Below, piece after piece: positions 37,545 through 52,053 of a DNA stretch of 64,000 nucleotides. Each line of letters begins with the position of its first letter. Positions within the stretch are counted from its first letter, which is position 1. The stretch lies in assembly GCF_037042905.1 (NCBI RefSeq), contig NC_087245.1:26662001-26726000 (forward strand), read 5' to 3'. A model generated the notes under the pieces. The model had not been told where the DNA came from, made no database searches, and worked only from the letters and a program-made list of their open reading frames with translations. Source of the stretch: Lytechinus pictus (taxonomy: Eukaryota). The position numbers and the translations under genes were made by a program.

Positions 37545-39640
37545 CATTCTTGACCGGCGCCGATCTAGATTTGGTTGGCAATAGGCCCTTCTTCATTATT
37601 CTACCGGCGCCGATTTATTGGAACCAGGGGACGCCGATTTTTCTTTACCGGCGCCGATTTAAAACCAGATGGCGCCGATTTATAACCAGATGGCGCCGTT
37701 TATTCTTGCCCGGCGCCGATTTAGATTTATGGAGCTGATTATTCTTGATCGGCGCCGGTTAAGACTCTGGCAGCGCCGATTTATAACCAGATGGCGCTGA
37801 TTATTCTTGTCCGGCCCCGATTTAGATTTAGGTGGCGCTGATTATCCTTGATCGGCGCAGGCGCGTAGCCAGGGGGGGGGGGGCGGTGGGGGCGGTTGCC
37901 CCCCCAAAAAAAACGTCCCCAAAAAGAAAAGAAAAAAAGGGAAAAAAGAGAGAAAAAAAGAGGGAAGGGAGGAAAGGGAAGAAAGGTAGCTTTGTCGTTT
38001 TTTTTTTCTTTTTATTCTTTATTTTTTTCTCAAAAGAGAAACTCCTTCACTCTTGCTCTAAATTTATATATGAATTTTGCTTCCGCGCTGCGCGCGGTTA
38101 AATGACAATATTGAAGTTCTCCAGTGTTTCCCCCACCCTTTCTCTAACCCTGTTTTTCCACCTCAGCTATATGTGTTTCTTGCCATGCAGTTAAAGTTCA
38201 AATGTATACATTAGGGCATGGAATTAGAGTAAGGTTAGGCCGAAGTATATGAAGTTATCTTTTTTTTTAATTGATCGCGCAACTTCTGGTCGGGTCGGCT
38301 CCGGGCGGGTAAAATCTTTATATCAATTTCGGCCGTCACCTCCATAAAGTCAACTTCTCCCGGTTTCAGGTCATTACTAAACAACGATAATTTGGGGCAA
38401 ACAGGTTCCTAATTTAAAAAGAGGAATGTATAAAATTCGTGTCGTATTAAATAAAAAAAAGTACAATATTTTTTTTCAAATTCTATTAATCTTCATGTTA
38501 TTTCCCTGCACATTTATCTCCTGTCCTGTTATGCGCCCTCAGTTTGAAATTTTGAATGACACTTAGGTTTCTTTATAATTCAAAATGAAGCGCTTCAGGA
38601 TAAGTTAAAGAAATTAGGCATCCTTTTTTATATAATTTTAATAAATCACAGAAGTTTCAACTTTTTGCGCACTATTTTCCTTGTAATGAAGTTCAATAAT
38701 CTTAGGAAATCAATTGAATTAGAGCCGATGAGGTATTAGATATATCTGCATTTGATGAAACGTCCGCCCTTTGAAATTTCAGAGTTTTATTGCTCTGCGC
38801 GGGGTGGAATATCTTCCTCCCGGCATATACATTTCTTCTCCTCTGTTTCGCGAGTTAAAGATATGCACTGTCGCTAAATTGTTTGTAATCATATCTGATA
38901 TTTCCAAGGGAAATATTCAATATTTATATCTTTAAGAATACCCTTTTCTCGGGACCCTTTTCATGGCAAAAATATTGATAAAACGCTTTAGCTTCCGCGC
39001 TTCGCGCGGGGTTATTATGATTGTAATTTCCTCCATTGTATTCCTTTTTGTGCGTTCACAATCACTTTTGAAAACAAGGTTCAAAATCACAATAAAGTCA
39101 ACTGAATTGGAGCTGATATAGGTACTAGAGACAAGAGAGACGGCTCCTTTTCATTTTAATTTATGAAACACCAAAAGCTTCGCGCGGGAGGGGGAAACTC
39201 CCCCTCCCTGCACCCACCCCCTAGGGAGCGCGGTTCGCGCGCTCTGTAAGTGTTGGCACCAAGGTTGGCACCAAGGTTGGCACGCTTCGCGTGCATTTAC
39301 CGCCTCCTCCAAAATGAAATCCTGGCTACGCGGTTGGATCGGCGCCGGTTAAGAACTCAGGCAGCGTCGATTTTTCTGTACCGGCGCCGATTTATAACCA
39401 GATGGCGCCGATTATTTTTATCTGGTGCCGATTTAGATTTAGGTGGCGCAGATTATCCTTGATCGGCGCCGGTTAAGACTCTGGCAGTGCCGATTTTTCT
39501 CGACTGGCGCCGATTTATAACCAAATGGCGCTGGTTATTCTTGTCCGGCGCCGATTTAGATTAAGGTGGCGCTGATTATTCTTGATTGGCGCCAGTTATA
39601 TGCAGGCAGCGCACTGCTGATTATTTTTAACCGGCGAAGT
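37545..39640. repeat. ~21-bp GGCGCCGATT-based minisatellite, split by a transposon
   Basis: Units such as GGCGCCGATTTATAACCAGAT occur at 37545-37857 and resume at 39337-39640. Confidence 0.85.
37858..39336. mobile_element. hAT-like non-autonomous transposon
   Basis: TIRs CAGGCGCGTAGCCAGG / CCTGGCTACGCGGTTG. Exact 8-bp TSD GATCGGCG at 37850-37857 and 39337-39344. Confidence 0.88.
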
Positions 39641-39909
39641 TGTTGGGAAAAGGGTTGTTAAAAGAAAAGATAAGGAAGATGATATGATTGTGCTTTGCTG
39701 GGGGATAGTCTTTCCTTACTGTTGCTAATATTATATCAGTGTATAATTTTTTTAAGCGGCGCTTTTTCTTTTCTTTCCTTTATTTTTTCAAGCAGCGCCT
39801 TTTCTTTCTTTTACTTTTTTTTTTGAGCGGCGCCGCTCAATTATTAGGGGGGGGGGCGCACCCCCTGCGCCACCCCTTGGATCCGCCACTGATGTATATT
39901 TACATGTGT

Positions 39910-41730
39910 GTAAGGCCATGCGTTTTGAGTTGGGCCCATTTTCGTTACAACTCAAATTTTCCTCCAAAATCACACCGTGTCATTCAATTGCGTTTTTTTC
40001 CTTATGTTTGACATCCTATACCCGTAAAAGTATATATATTCTGAAAGGAAATTATCTGAGAAATTTAAAAATACAATCATAAAAGGCATAGGGCAAAGTC
40101 TTAAAAAGTTAAAGGTCAAAATATGTGGAAAACTGTTAAAAAATATACTTCCCAATAAATCTTAGAATCAGAAAAAACTTTACACCCTATAGGAAAATAA
40201 CATGTATATTTCAACTCTTTAGAGTGGACCTTTCCAATGATATATAACTTGTTAGGGATAACTCTTACCAAAATAATTTTGCGTAATCATTTTTTAAGAC
40301 AAAATTTCACATCATAATTTTCCAGGTAAATATGTAACAATGCCTGATTTACCCCCAACATATTACGTAAGTCTTGCCCTTAGTTGCATGAATATACTTG
40401 CAAACACTAACCAATATATTATAATATATTTACTGTGGTTATCATGAATATAAAATGATTTCATTTGACTCAAATCGTGGGATTTGTCATCTCTTGGCTA
40501 AAAGACCGGTGGACCAAAGGTTGACAACTGAGTCAGGTTTAACATAAATATATGAAAAATATGAATGCACAATGAAAACTGCTTCAGCTTGAACTTAGTG
40601 TGAACAAAAACAACTAATATGTTATAAATTTTTCTTACACCTGGCAAAAATACTGTGATTATGTTATTCTATAGTGTTATGTTTTAATTACTTTTAAATA
40701 TACCCTCTTTCTCGACATTCTTCAGGACATGGTCTCTTGGTACTGGGTTGAATGTCAATGTCTATAAAAAACACATTCTATGGGTAAAACTGCCTCTGTT
40801 TTAGAGTAATATTTATACCAGTGTCGTTCTCAAGTAGTTTTTTGATAATAGGGAAAAATATTCTCTGAACACCTTTGTGCCAGCTAAATAAGTTTCGTCA
40901 CTTTGTAATGTGTCATCTACTGATTCATAGATGCAGTGTGATGTAACATTAAGAAAAGAGTAAATGGCATCAGACGAGGTCTTTATTGCTACAAACAAGT
41001 TTTCAGCAATCAAAATTGCAATAAAAGGTGTACTGGCTATCTGTTATGTTACCAGAATAATCTGAAGATTCGGACTCATCAAAGTCATCACTGTCAGTCT
41101 ACACTGTCAAAATTGAAACCATGAGGTCATAATCAACAAGTCTCATTCACTGTCTTTAATTAGTTTGTGCTTTTCCTTTTGAAATTTTTGTAATCCACAA
41201 CTATATTTTACATGTATCTCTCCTCATTTTCTTTACATCAGACTGCCGCAATTTCAGGCCTGTTAATTTAATGATTTACATCAATTAATTATACTAATTA
41301 CTTTAATTAGGTATCCTTTAAACTCAAGTTCAAATTTGATTCACTTAGTATTAAAGAATAAGCCAGTGAGCCTCAAAACTATAACATATTTAGGTACTGT
41401 GATGTTACATATTAAGTTTCTTAATGAAATAAAAAGTTATGCTCCCCTCGTCATGCTCCCCTCGTCTACCACCATGCAAAAATGGCCAATTGATGTTACA
41501 TAATTGCTAATTACTGGTAAATGAAGTAATCTCAGGTTTTTATTTTTCTTTAAAGTAATTGGTATAAAGATTACCTTAAATGTGATACCAAATATACCCA
41601 TGAAGCACATGTATTTAAAGTTTTATACCATTAATTATTTCTGTGCTTGTCGCGCAAATGTAACGATACCACAATGATACCATCTATTTGCGGGCCCAAC
41701 ATAAAACGCATGGTCGTATATATATATATA
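39910..41730. mobile_element. Degenerate TIR element with TA-type flanks
   Basis: CCATGCGTTTTGAGTTGGGCCC (~39916) mirrors GGGCCCAACATAAAACGCATGG (~41693). The right end abuts (TA)n. Confidence 0.55.
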
Positions 41731-42879
41731 TATGTATATATGTATATATATATATATATATCAGTTGATCATGAATTTTACTATATAGCCTTATAGGAGG
41801 CAGATTTCAAAGAATATATTATGGATGAAGAGTTTGTATCACCATAGAATGAGCAAAATGAAGCCATTTTGGGGGTATTTTATTGTCCATCTGATCAAAG
41901 GGACAGTTTACACACAGTGACATCACAAATCGCTTTGCCAATGGGAGGATCTCTATAGCATTAGTGATCGCAATATCCAAATGCTCTTAACTTTCTCATT
42001 ATTTGTCCGATTTTTCTTAAACTTTCTTTGATTTTTCTCTTTCCATGCACATAAGCCCACTTGTTCCATGGGTTTCTTTCCCCTTTAAGGTGTCAACCCT
42101 TTTCCGTCGTTTCCTATGACTTCTGCCATTCAGTTGTATACGTAAGCAGCCCCCCCCCCCGGGGGGGGGGGGGCAAAAACAGCTCCCGGCGACATTTTTC
42201 ACTTTAAATCTGTAACACAAAAAGATTGCGTCGGACGTTTCATGACTTTTTTCTTCAAGTCTTGCGCAACAGACCAAATTCGCGACGCGGGGATATGCGG
42301 TTTCGAAGTTACGAAATATTATGTGCATGTCAGACACAAAATTGCTCATAAATGTGATCATTCATGTACAAATCCAATGCAAATTCTGTATGTAGCCAAA
42401 GTTCATGACAGTACATTTTATTTTTTATTGATTAAAGGCATAGATTTCATGTTATGTCTGACTAAATAGTGTTGCCGACAATTTCAATCGAAAAATAATG
42501 AAAAACATGAAAGTCGAAGAAAAAAATAGTAAAATGCGTAAAAAAAAAAAATGAAATTGCATTTTCAAAAATAGACATTTGATTTATAATTCTAAGAAGA
42601 GTGTCCAAACCAAAATCTAGCAATTTGGGGGCTATTCAAAGATTTACAGCCCAAAGTACATGTTATGTAATTAGCATAACTAATTAGGCCTAATTAAAAT
42701 AAATCTGAATAATTTTGTTACAATTCACAATCGAATTGTGGAGATTACGTTACAGGTGACGTGCGTGCCAATTCCGCGATCGCGCACGAGATCTGATCGA
42801 GGGGGGGGGGGGGGGGGCAGCGCGCCCCGGGCTATGCAATTTCAAAATAGTCCGGTCCAGGCCAAGGCCACTTTTGGGC

Positions 42880-44930
42880 TATATATGCAGAGTCCACTTC
42901 CTTATGAGGTCGCAGTGTGCTGGGACCTGGGATGGATCCCATTCGAAATTCACTTCTATTACTAATTGATTATCATCCATTATTTCAACTATCATGGGCC
43001 TACTACTTTCTTTGACATTTTTGATGGCTTTATTATAAGCTAAGGCCATAATGTTCGGTGCCAAGTCAGCTCCCATAAACTGACCCTTTTCTTATTTACT
43101 ATTGAAGCTTCGATATGTAAACTGAAACCGTTCTTCCATCTAGTGAGCTAGAAGCATCCATGTAAATTATGAGGACATGAGACAATTTCTTAGTAATTAT
43201 GTCATCTACATACAATTACGTTGATGCGAATTTCTTGTTTTACTTTCTTTGATAATTATATAAAAGTTGGTTTTTATTGTGCCAAAATGTCTCCTAACTG
43301 TACGGCCAATCTGTACGGCCAAATGTCTCCTAACTGTACGGCAAATCTGTTTGTCAATATCCCCTCAATTTCGCTTTTTGTCCTTTAAATAAAGGACCTT
43401 CACCCTTTTCCCCTGAAATTATTTCGTACTGCCAACATGGACATGGATTAATATCCTCTTTGCAGATGTTTCCTTTGCCATATTGTAGTATGCTTCATAT
43501 CAGCAGCGCAATGAGCTATAAAGTTTGAGGGGGCCCAGACGTGACGTATATGGACAACATTTTTGATATGCTGCAAGCGAGCAAAACGAGCTAACAATTA
43601 TTTTTTTTTTTAAACTAAGAAAATGATCTCATATTTCAACACTTTTTTTTCATTTTCTTTTTTTTTCTTGTTCATGAAATCTGTTGGGGTCCCAGGCCCC
43701 CAAACCACCAACTGTTACCTTCAAACATGATTCTTCTCGCTGTAGAGTGTAATTTAATTGATTTCCACTTATAGAGCATCTGTGCCGCTCCTGTGATAGT
43801 TTTTAGTTGTATATAGCTTGATATTGTCTTAAGATTACCTCTCCATATACCTCGCAACCATAGCTAAATAAACTGATCTAATAAGACCTTTCTACATAAA
43901 TAACATGATGTCAAATTTCTTATCCCATTTTGGTATCAGCTATATACACTTAAAAACTTGAGTCTTTCTTATGTGTTTTGACCTCGTCAGTTCTGAGTCA
44001 AACCATACCCCTAATTACTTAATACGTTCTTTTTGCATCGGCGTTTTTGTTATTCATTCTTATATCAAAGTTGAAGTCTTTTTCCTGCCAAAAACAACTG
44101 CTCCACCCAGATTTTAAAGGAATTCTACACCATTCCTCTATTAAAACTACCACTGACTGCAGTTTCTTTCTGACAAATGAGGGGTTCCTGTAGGAAACCG
44201 TAAACATAGATCTTCTGCAAAGACTGATATTTCTACCGTATTTTGTATTTTCCCCAGTCCATTGATCATAAAGTTGAATAACTAAGGATTTATTACGCTC
44301 CCGTGCATTATTACCATCTCAACATTTTTCTGTACAGACATGACGAGGTCATAAATCCTTATCTGGCATTTTATTTTTGATATAAAACACGTTTATCCAG
44401 CACAAAATGTTACCTTCGAATCCCAGTTCTTATATTTTGCTGACCTTTTCTCCATACTAATTCATATACATTCTGCATGTATAAAAATAAACACTGTATA
44501 TTCTCTGTTAATCATTACCTTATCAATATTTTTTCTTCATGAATCTAGATTGGAAAGGGGTGATGATATTTTGCTCTTCATTAATCTTAATAAGAATGGT
44601 GTAAGGGAATCATTCAAGAAGATGATCAATTAGAAGCTCCTTTCCCTTTTAAAAATTGGGATTTGTATAGTCTTACCATTGATATGGCATGGCCCTTATC
44701 CCATATTTTATTGAATAAGTCTAGGATGGTGTCAATTAACTTTCCCGGTAGGGTCCATATTTTTTTCCTGCTTTTATATCAGCCTTTCCTGCTTACCTGG
44801 CGCAGTGCCCTTAATTTCAGTGATTGCACCTTGCAAGATACTTACATTGAAATTGTCGTTAAGTGCATTATCTTTGGATGTACTCCTCTTCATTTTTATT
44901 TCCTTTTGGGTTTTATTTCCACAAATCTGT
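42880..44930 (-). pseudogene. Decayed RNase H-containing LINE ORF2 (Nimb/I-like)
   Basis: Minus-strand remnants in the expected order: HGSVINP (44305-44285, QGS motif), SVFAEDL (44227-44207, YADD motif), GLIRSV..YGCEVYG (~43890-43845), IYMDAS (~43160) and VPAHC (~42925). Many stops and frameshifts. Confidence 0.75.
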
Positions 44931-45469
44931 AATTTTACAAAACTCTGATATTATGTTGAAAAGCCTTTACATTTTTTCAGCAAAACATAAATTATTTATC
45001 AATGTAGCTTTTTATTGGAATGAGTACTATTAATTTTGGTTTCAAATTAATAATTCAAAATTGAAATTTTATATTGCATGCATTGTCTTACTCTATTCGT
45101 TAAACTTGTTAAAATATGTATGAATTGTTTATGTTTGTTGAAAATTAGAAAAAAAATAAAGACTGAAACTGGAAAATGAAATATAATCTATAAGCATTCT
45201 CAATTAATACGCTATACATGAAGTGCATACAACGGATATGCGAAGGAATCCTTAGAAGCTGAATGCTTGTAGATAAGTACATAACATTCTAAAATTATTT
45301 TCTTCTTCATGCACATGACGACATAATTAATATCTAGATTTACTACCTTCTACCTTTTCCATGCTGAACTGATATCATTTTAATCAGCTTGATACAGTAA
45401 TTATACCTGTATTGCTTTTTCTAAAAACTGTCATTGCTTTCCGTTTTTCATAAGGTATTTCCCAAATTT

Positions 45470-48400
45470 CAAATAGGGTGACGAGATCATTCCATTAAAA
45501 GACAACCATTGGGGTGACGAATGGTTTCATGAATGACAACAAACAATTATAATGCCAAAATTATTTCACGAAAAGACAACCATTAAAATGAATGAAGTAC
45601 ATTTATTTCCAACGATAAAAGAATTAAAACATTTTTGAGAACTTCAACAAAACAATGGAGGTAGGAAGTCAGAAAGCACAGCTTGTGATGAGTGCACCGT
45701 GACACATACAAAAAATACTTAAAACATGAAAAATATTACCTAAACATAGGACATTACAAAATAATTAAGGGGAAAACAAAGGGGGGACAAACAAAAACAG
45801 GGCAATTTTATATAAAATACTAGTATATCAATTGAAACAGTAAATAAATCGTCAAAACAATGACAAAATGACAGGCAACAACCACAAGGATGACGATATA
45901 ATTTCATTAAAAGACAAGCAATAGGGGGACGAGATTATTTTATTAAAATACAAACAGTTCGGTGACGAAGTGATTTCATTAAATATCAACCAATTGGGTG
46001 ACGAAATGATTTCATTATAATGATAACCAATAGGGTGAGGAAATGATTTCATTAAAAGACAACCAATAGAATGTCAAATGATTTCAATAAATAACAACCA
46101 ATAGGGTGACGAAATGATTTGATTAAAAGACAAACAATAGAATGTCAAATGATTTCATTAAATGACAACCAAAATGGTGACGAAATTATTTTAAGAATAA
46201 TCAACTACCAATAGAATGACGAAATGATAGGCAACAACCAGTAGTGTGACGATATAATTTCATTAAAAGACAACCAATAGGATGACAAGAGGATTTGATT
46301 AAAAAAAAACCATTAGGGTGACGAATTATTTCATTAAAAGTCAACCAATAGGTTGACGAAATGATTTGATTAAAATACAACCAATAGGGTGACGAAATGA
46401 TTTCATGAAAATGATAACAAATAGGGTGACGAAATGATTTCATTAAAAGACAAACAATAGCATGACGAAATGATTTCATTAGATAACAACCAATAGGGTG
46501 ACGAAATGATTTTATTATAATGATAACCAATAGGGTGACGAAATGGTTTGATTAAAAGTTAACCAATAGAATGTCACATAATTTCATTAAATGACAACCA
46601 AATTGGTGACGAAATTATTTTAAAAATAATTAACTACCGATAGGATGACGAAATGGTTTCATGAAAAACAACAAACAATTATGATGGCAAAATGATTTCA
46701 TGAAAAGACAACCATTAAAATGAAGACATGACAGGCAACAACCAATAGGGTGACGAAATTATTTGATAAAAAACAACCAATAGGGTGAGGAATTATTTCA
46801 TTAAAAAACAACCAATAGGCCAACGAAATTATTTGATTAATAGGCAACCAATAGGGTGACGAAATGATTACATGAAAATGAAAACCAATAGGGCGACAAA
46901 ATTATTTCATTAAAAGAAAAACAATAGTATGACGAAACGAGTTCATGAAAATGACAACCGATAGGGTGATGAAATGATTCCATGAAAAGACAACCATTGA
47001 AATGACGAAATGACAGGCAACAACCAATAGGGTGACGAATTATTTCATTAAAAGACAAACAATAGCATGACGAAATGATTTCATTAAATAACAACCAATA
47101 GGGTGACGAAATTATTTCATTAAAAGACAAACAATAGCATGATTTGGTTAAAATACAAACAATTCAGTGACGAATGATTTCATTATAAGACAACCATTAG
47201 GCTGGCGAAATCATTTGATTAAAAGACAACCAATAGGGCGACGAAATGATTTCATTAAAAGACAAACAATAGCATAACGAAACGATTTCATGAAAATAAC
47301 AACCGATAGGGTGACAAATTTTTTCATTAAAAGACAACCAATAGGCTGACGAAATGATTTCATTAAAATACAAACAATTCGGTGACGAAATGATTTGATT
47401 TGAAGAAAAGCAATAGGATAGGATGACGAAACGATTTCATGAAAATGACAACCAATAGGGTGATGAAATGATTCCATGAAAAGACAACCATTGAAATGAC
47501 GAAATGACAGGCAACAACCAATAGGGTGACGAATTATTTCATTAAAAGACAAACAATAGCATGACGAAATGATTTCATTAAATAACAACCAATAGGGTGA
47601 CGAAATTATTTCATTAAAAGACAAACAATAGCATGACGAAACGATTTCATTAAATAACAACCAATAGGGTGACGAAATAATTTCATGAAAATGACAGCCA
47701 ACCAATAGGGTGACGAATTATTTCATTGAAAGACAACCAATAGGTTGACAAAATGAATTCATGAAATGACAACCAATAGGGTGACGAAATTATTTCATTA
47801 AAATAAAAAAATAGTATGACGAAATGATTTCATTAAATAGCAACCAATAGGGTGACGAAATGATTTCATGAAAATGACAACCAATAGGGTGACGAAATTA
47901 TTTCATTAAAAGACAAACAATATCATGACGAAACGATTTCATTAAATAACAACCAATAGGGTGACGAAATTATTTCATTAAAAGACAAACAATAGCATGA
48001 CGAAACGATTTCATTAAATAACAACCAATAGGGTGACGAAATAATTTCATGAAAATGACAGCCAACCAATAGGGTGACGAATTATTTCATTGAAAGACAA
48101 CCAATAGGTTGACAAAATGAATTCATGAAATGACAACCAATAGGGTGACGAAATTATTTCATTAAAATAAAAAAATAGTATGACGAAATGATTTCATTAA
48201 ATAGCAACCAATAGGATGACGAAACGATTTCATTAAATAACAACCAATAGGGTGACGAAATTATTTCATTAAAAGACAAACAATAGCATGACGAAACAAT
48301 ATCATGAAAATGACAACCGATAGGGTGACAAAATGATTTGATTTAAAGACAACCGACAGGCTAAAGAAATGATTTCATTAACAGACAAACAATTCGCTGA

Positions 48401-49360
48401 CGAAATTATTTCATTAAATAACAACTAATAGGGTGACAAATGGTTTCATTATAACAATAACAACCAATAGGGTGACGAAAAGATTAAAAGACAACCAATA
48501 GAATGACGAAATGGTTTCATGAATGACAACAAACAGTGATGATGGCAAAGTGATTTCGTGAAAAGACAATGACGAAATGATAGGCAACAACTAATAATGT
48601 GACGATATAATTTCATTAAACGGCAATCAATAGGGTGGCGAAATGATTTGATCACAAAACAACCAATATAGTGACGAATTATTTCATTGAAAGACAACCA
48701 ATAAGTTGACGAAATTATTCCACAAAATATTCAACCACAAATAGGGTGACGAAATGGTTTCATAAAAGACAACAACCAATAGGGTAACGAAATTATTTCA
48801 TGAAAAAGACAACCAAAAGGTGACGAAATTATTTCATTAAAAGACAGCCAATAGGCTGACAAAATGATTTGATTTATAGACAACCAATAGGCTGACAAAA
48901 TGATTTGATTTAAAGACAACCAATAGGGCTAAAGAAATGATTTTATTAACAGGCAAACAGTTCGGTGACGAAATTATTTCATTAAATAACAACTAACAGG
49001 GTGACAAAATGATTTCATTTTAACAATAACCAATAGGGTGATGAAATGATTTGATTAAAAGACAACCAATAGGGTGACAACATTATTTGAATGAAAAAAA
49101 GACCAAAAGGGTGAGGAATTATATCATTGAAATACAGCCAAAAGGCTGACGAAATGATTTGATTAAATTCATGAAAATGACAACCAATATAGTGACGATA
49201 TAATTTCATTAAAAGACAACCAATAGGGTGACAAAATGAGATCATTTAAAGACAACTAATAGACTGACAAAGTGATTTCATTAATAGATAAACAATAGGG
49301 TGATGAAATGTTTTTATAAAAAAACATAGAGGGTGACAGAATTATTTCATTAAATTATAA
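45470..49360. repeat. ~36-bp satellite array
   Basis: Consensus approximately CAATAGGGTGACGAAATGATTTCATTAAAAGACAAC, repeated over ~3.5 kb. The core is 45880-49360, with degenerate edges. Confidence 0.95.
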
Positions 49361-50622
49361 CCAAAATTAGCCGTAAATAAAAATGTTAAGAAATTTATCT
49401 AAACATGTATCGTAATTTCTGTTATCATAGAAATGCCTTTGCCCAAATTCGAATAGTTTCCCAGCTTGTTATAAGGTCCACTCGAGATTTTCTATAGCGG
49501 CCATTTTGGAATTCAGCATGGCTGTCAATCCGATAAAAACAACCATTAGGGACATGTTTTTTTTTTTCAATATAAAGAATGGATGGAATTATGTTATGTT
49601 TCACCAGTTTTAATCATTTTAGATGCTTGTAACCAGGTGTGTATGTCACAATGTGTTGCATGATGATCCCCCACTTGAACTAAAAGTGTATTAAAATTTC
49701 GGACATCACAATCGAGTCATTTCACCATAATTTGAACATTCCACAATGGGCTAAAATGCAATACTTTATGGCGGTCATTTTAAGATTAAAATTGCGGATG
49801 ACGACATGGTCGGAAAATGGTACCAAATTTGTTTTTTGATTTAGCACCCCTGAATTGACAAAGTTAGCTAAAAATTGATTTTCGTACGATTATCTCATTT
49901 TATATTAGCCTCTGCTAACACATCAACTTCATTCAAACTCAGTTTATCTTCGATTTTACTATTGAGAATAAACGATTTTGCAACATTTCATTTTTAACAT
50001 CGCTGCCTATTTATCAGGACCTCACATGCCATAATTGTGAAGAGGAATAATCAAGCTTTTGAAAATTGAAATTATATCATGATGATGTCCACAGCAATAG
50101 GAAATTTATCCTGTAAAACGTGAGTTGCCTGTTTTTTTTTAAGGGTGTGCACAATATTTTGCCCCGTTCTGTCTAAAATTTGACTAAATTTTGATTTTAA
50201 GAAATTAATAAATAATAAGATGTTTCGCTGAGCGAAAGTTTGTTTTTGGAAATATATGATATTTTTCACCATGTAAAGCTTTAAATGCTATACTATGCAA
50301 AATAATTTGATATTCGAGATTGCAGATTGGAGATACCGTAGTAGGTACTAAAACTATTAGTACCTACGTGGCAATAGTAGGACGTGCAATTCACTTTCTC
50401 TGAAAAAATCAGGAAAATATCAGGAAAATTCTGTAAATTATACCAATACCGCGTTGTTAGTCTAAATTGTGCATTTGGAACATCGCTATATGGTCAAGTG
50501 ACAGGGTAAGCGAACATTTGTGGGCTTTTTAAGCACTTCACACTTACTTTATGTCGCAGGTCGCACCTATATACGCACCGTACTAACATTCAAATTTCCC
50601 GCCCTTTTACCAAAGGCCAATC

Positions 50623-52053
50623 ATGGCGACTGGGCCGGCGGCATCCGAGCCGGACCACACAATAACGAGTACGGATGAAGATAATATTTGGATGATACAA
50701 AGACCACGTCGAAAAAAAAGCACTTCGTACCAACCAGAAAAAAGAAAAAGAGAAAAGAGTGACGAGATTACAATTGAAAATATTAATCAAAATGCATCGT
50801 CAGACTCTGACTCGAATACATCATATCGTACTCCAGGTTTTACTTCGACCAAAAGATTGTCTGATTTCAAGCTATTTATAGCACCTATAGATAGACAGAA
50901 GAAATTGAATTTAAGGAATATTGATCCCTTAAAAGTTAAAAGAGCGATCAGAGACGTGAGTTCACAACCAGTAGAGTTTATCAAACCAATTAGCACTGGG
51001 TTGCTGGTAAAGTGTATCAACCTAAAGCAAATGAAATCCATCGCACAGATGCAAAACATTGGTAATATACCAGTAAAGGTCACGGAAAGTAGGTCGGGAA
51101 TTAAAGGAGTGATATATGGTGTCCCAACTGAAACATCAGAAGAGGATATTCTTGAAGAATTGAGGGACCAGAAAGTGACAGCAGTAAAAAGAATAGTAAA
51201 GAAATATCAGAGAAACAAAAATGACAAAGAAAGAGAAGATGTTGATATCAATCAGCCTACTTTTATTCCCTTGAGGAGTGTGATTCTTACTTTTAGTCGG
51301 GCAGATCTCCCTCAGAATGTCAATCTAGGCTACCAGATGTTTATAGTAAAACCATATATCCCTCCTGTATTCAGATGTTTTAAGTGTCAAAGGTATGGTC
51401 ACACTGCTGATATATGTAGATCTCAGATTAGATGTGTTAGATGTGGAGATCACCATAATTTTGATCAATGCCCAAAGAAATTGACACCAATATGTGCCAA
51501 TTGTGGAGGTGAACACTCCGCTGCATTTAAAGGATGCCAGCAGGCAAAAAAAGCAAAAGAAGTACAAGAAATAAAGATAATAAGAAAGCTAACATATGCT
51601 GAAGCATCCCAGGTCTGGAAAACACAAAGTGAAAAAAGGGTCACACAGACAGTCACTGAAGATGCTAAAGAATGTTCCCAATCAGTACCTAAGTTAAGAG
51701 AAAAAACCAACTTAACAGATGACCAGAGTAAAGTTACAAATACACAGGTAGAAACAGTTTCAAGTGAACTACCTATGGAGACTAACCTCCCTGTCGACAC
51801 CCAACAAAGGGATACGCCACTGTCTGCAGTTAAAGACCAGGCTACCAGGTCAGCCGGTACATCGGCAAAGAACACCACACCTAATTTCATAAGTCTAGCT
51901 AGTGATGAGCAAATTGTTGTTTTTATATGTCAATTGATTATGTCATTAACTGAAGGGAGAGAAGAAGAAGAAATAAATGCTTTAATTTTAACCGCTGCAA
52001 GAAGATTGCGGCAACAAAAAAAGGAAATCATAACTCAACAACGCAGGAACTAA
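50623..52053 (+). CDS. LINE ORF1, gag-like nucleic-acid-binding protein
   Basis: 476 aa with KGVIYGVP and three zinc knuckles: CFKCQRYGHTADIC, CVRCGDHHNFDQC and CANCGGEHSAAFKGC. Confidence 0.92.
   Translation: MATGPAASEPDHTITSTDEDNIWMIQRPRRKKSTSYQPEKRKREKSDEITIENINQNASSDSDSNTSYRTPGFTSTKRLSDFKLFIAPIDRQKKLNLRNIDPLKVKRAIRDVSSQPVEFIKPISTGLLVKCINLKQMKSIAQMQNIGNIPVKVTESRSGIKGVIYGVPTETSEEDILEELRDQKVTAVKRIVKKYQRNKNDKEREDVDINQPTFIPLRSVILTFSRADLPQNVNLGYQMFIVKPYIPPVFRCFKCQRYGHTADICRSQIRCVRCGDHHNFDQCPKKLTPICANCGGEHSAAFKGCQQAKKAKEVQEIKIIRKLTYAEASQVWKTQSEKRVTQTVTEDAKECSQSVPKLREKTNLTDDQSKVTNTQVETVSSELPMETNLPVDTQQRDTPLSAVKDQATRSAGTSAKNTTPNFISLASDEQIVVFICQLIMSLTEGREEEEINALILTAARRLRQQKKEIITQQRRN

Noticed and set aside
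40813..41110. Acidic and KVFREYF peptides inside the 39.9-41.7 kb TIR element as transposase remnants
   Set aside because: Too short and degenerate to assign without a profile search.
45470..49360. 36-bp repeats as a CRISPR array, and the ORFs across them
   Set aside because: Units are head-to-tail without unique spacers, no cas genes are present and the context is eukaryotic. The ORFs simply translate the satellite.
50506..50559. Apparent GTAAGC...CGCAG intron in the LINE 5' UTR
   Set aside because: Only 54 nt with a weak pyrimidine tract. Cannot be distinguished from chance without transcript data.
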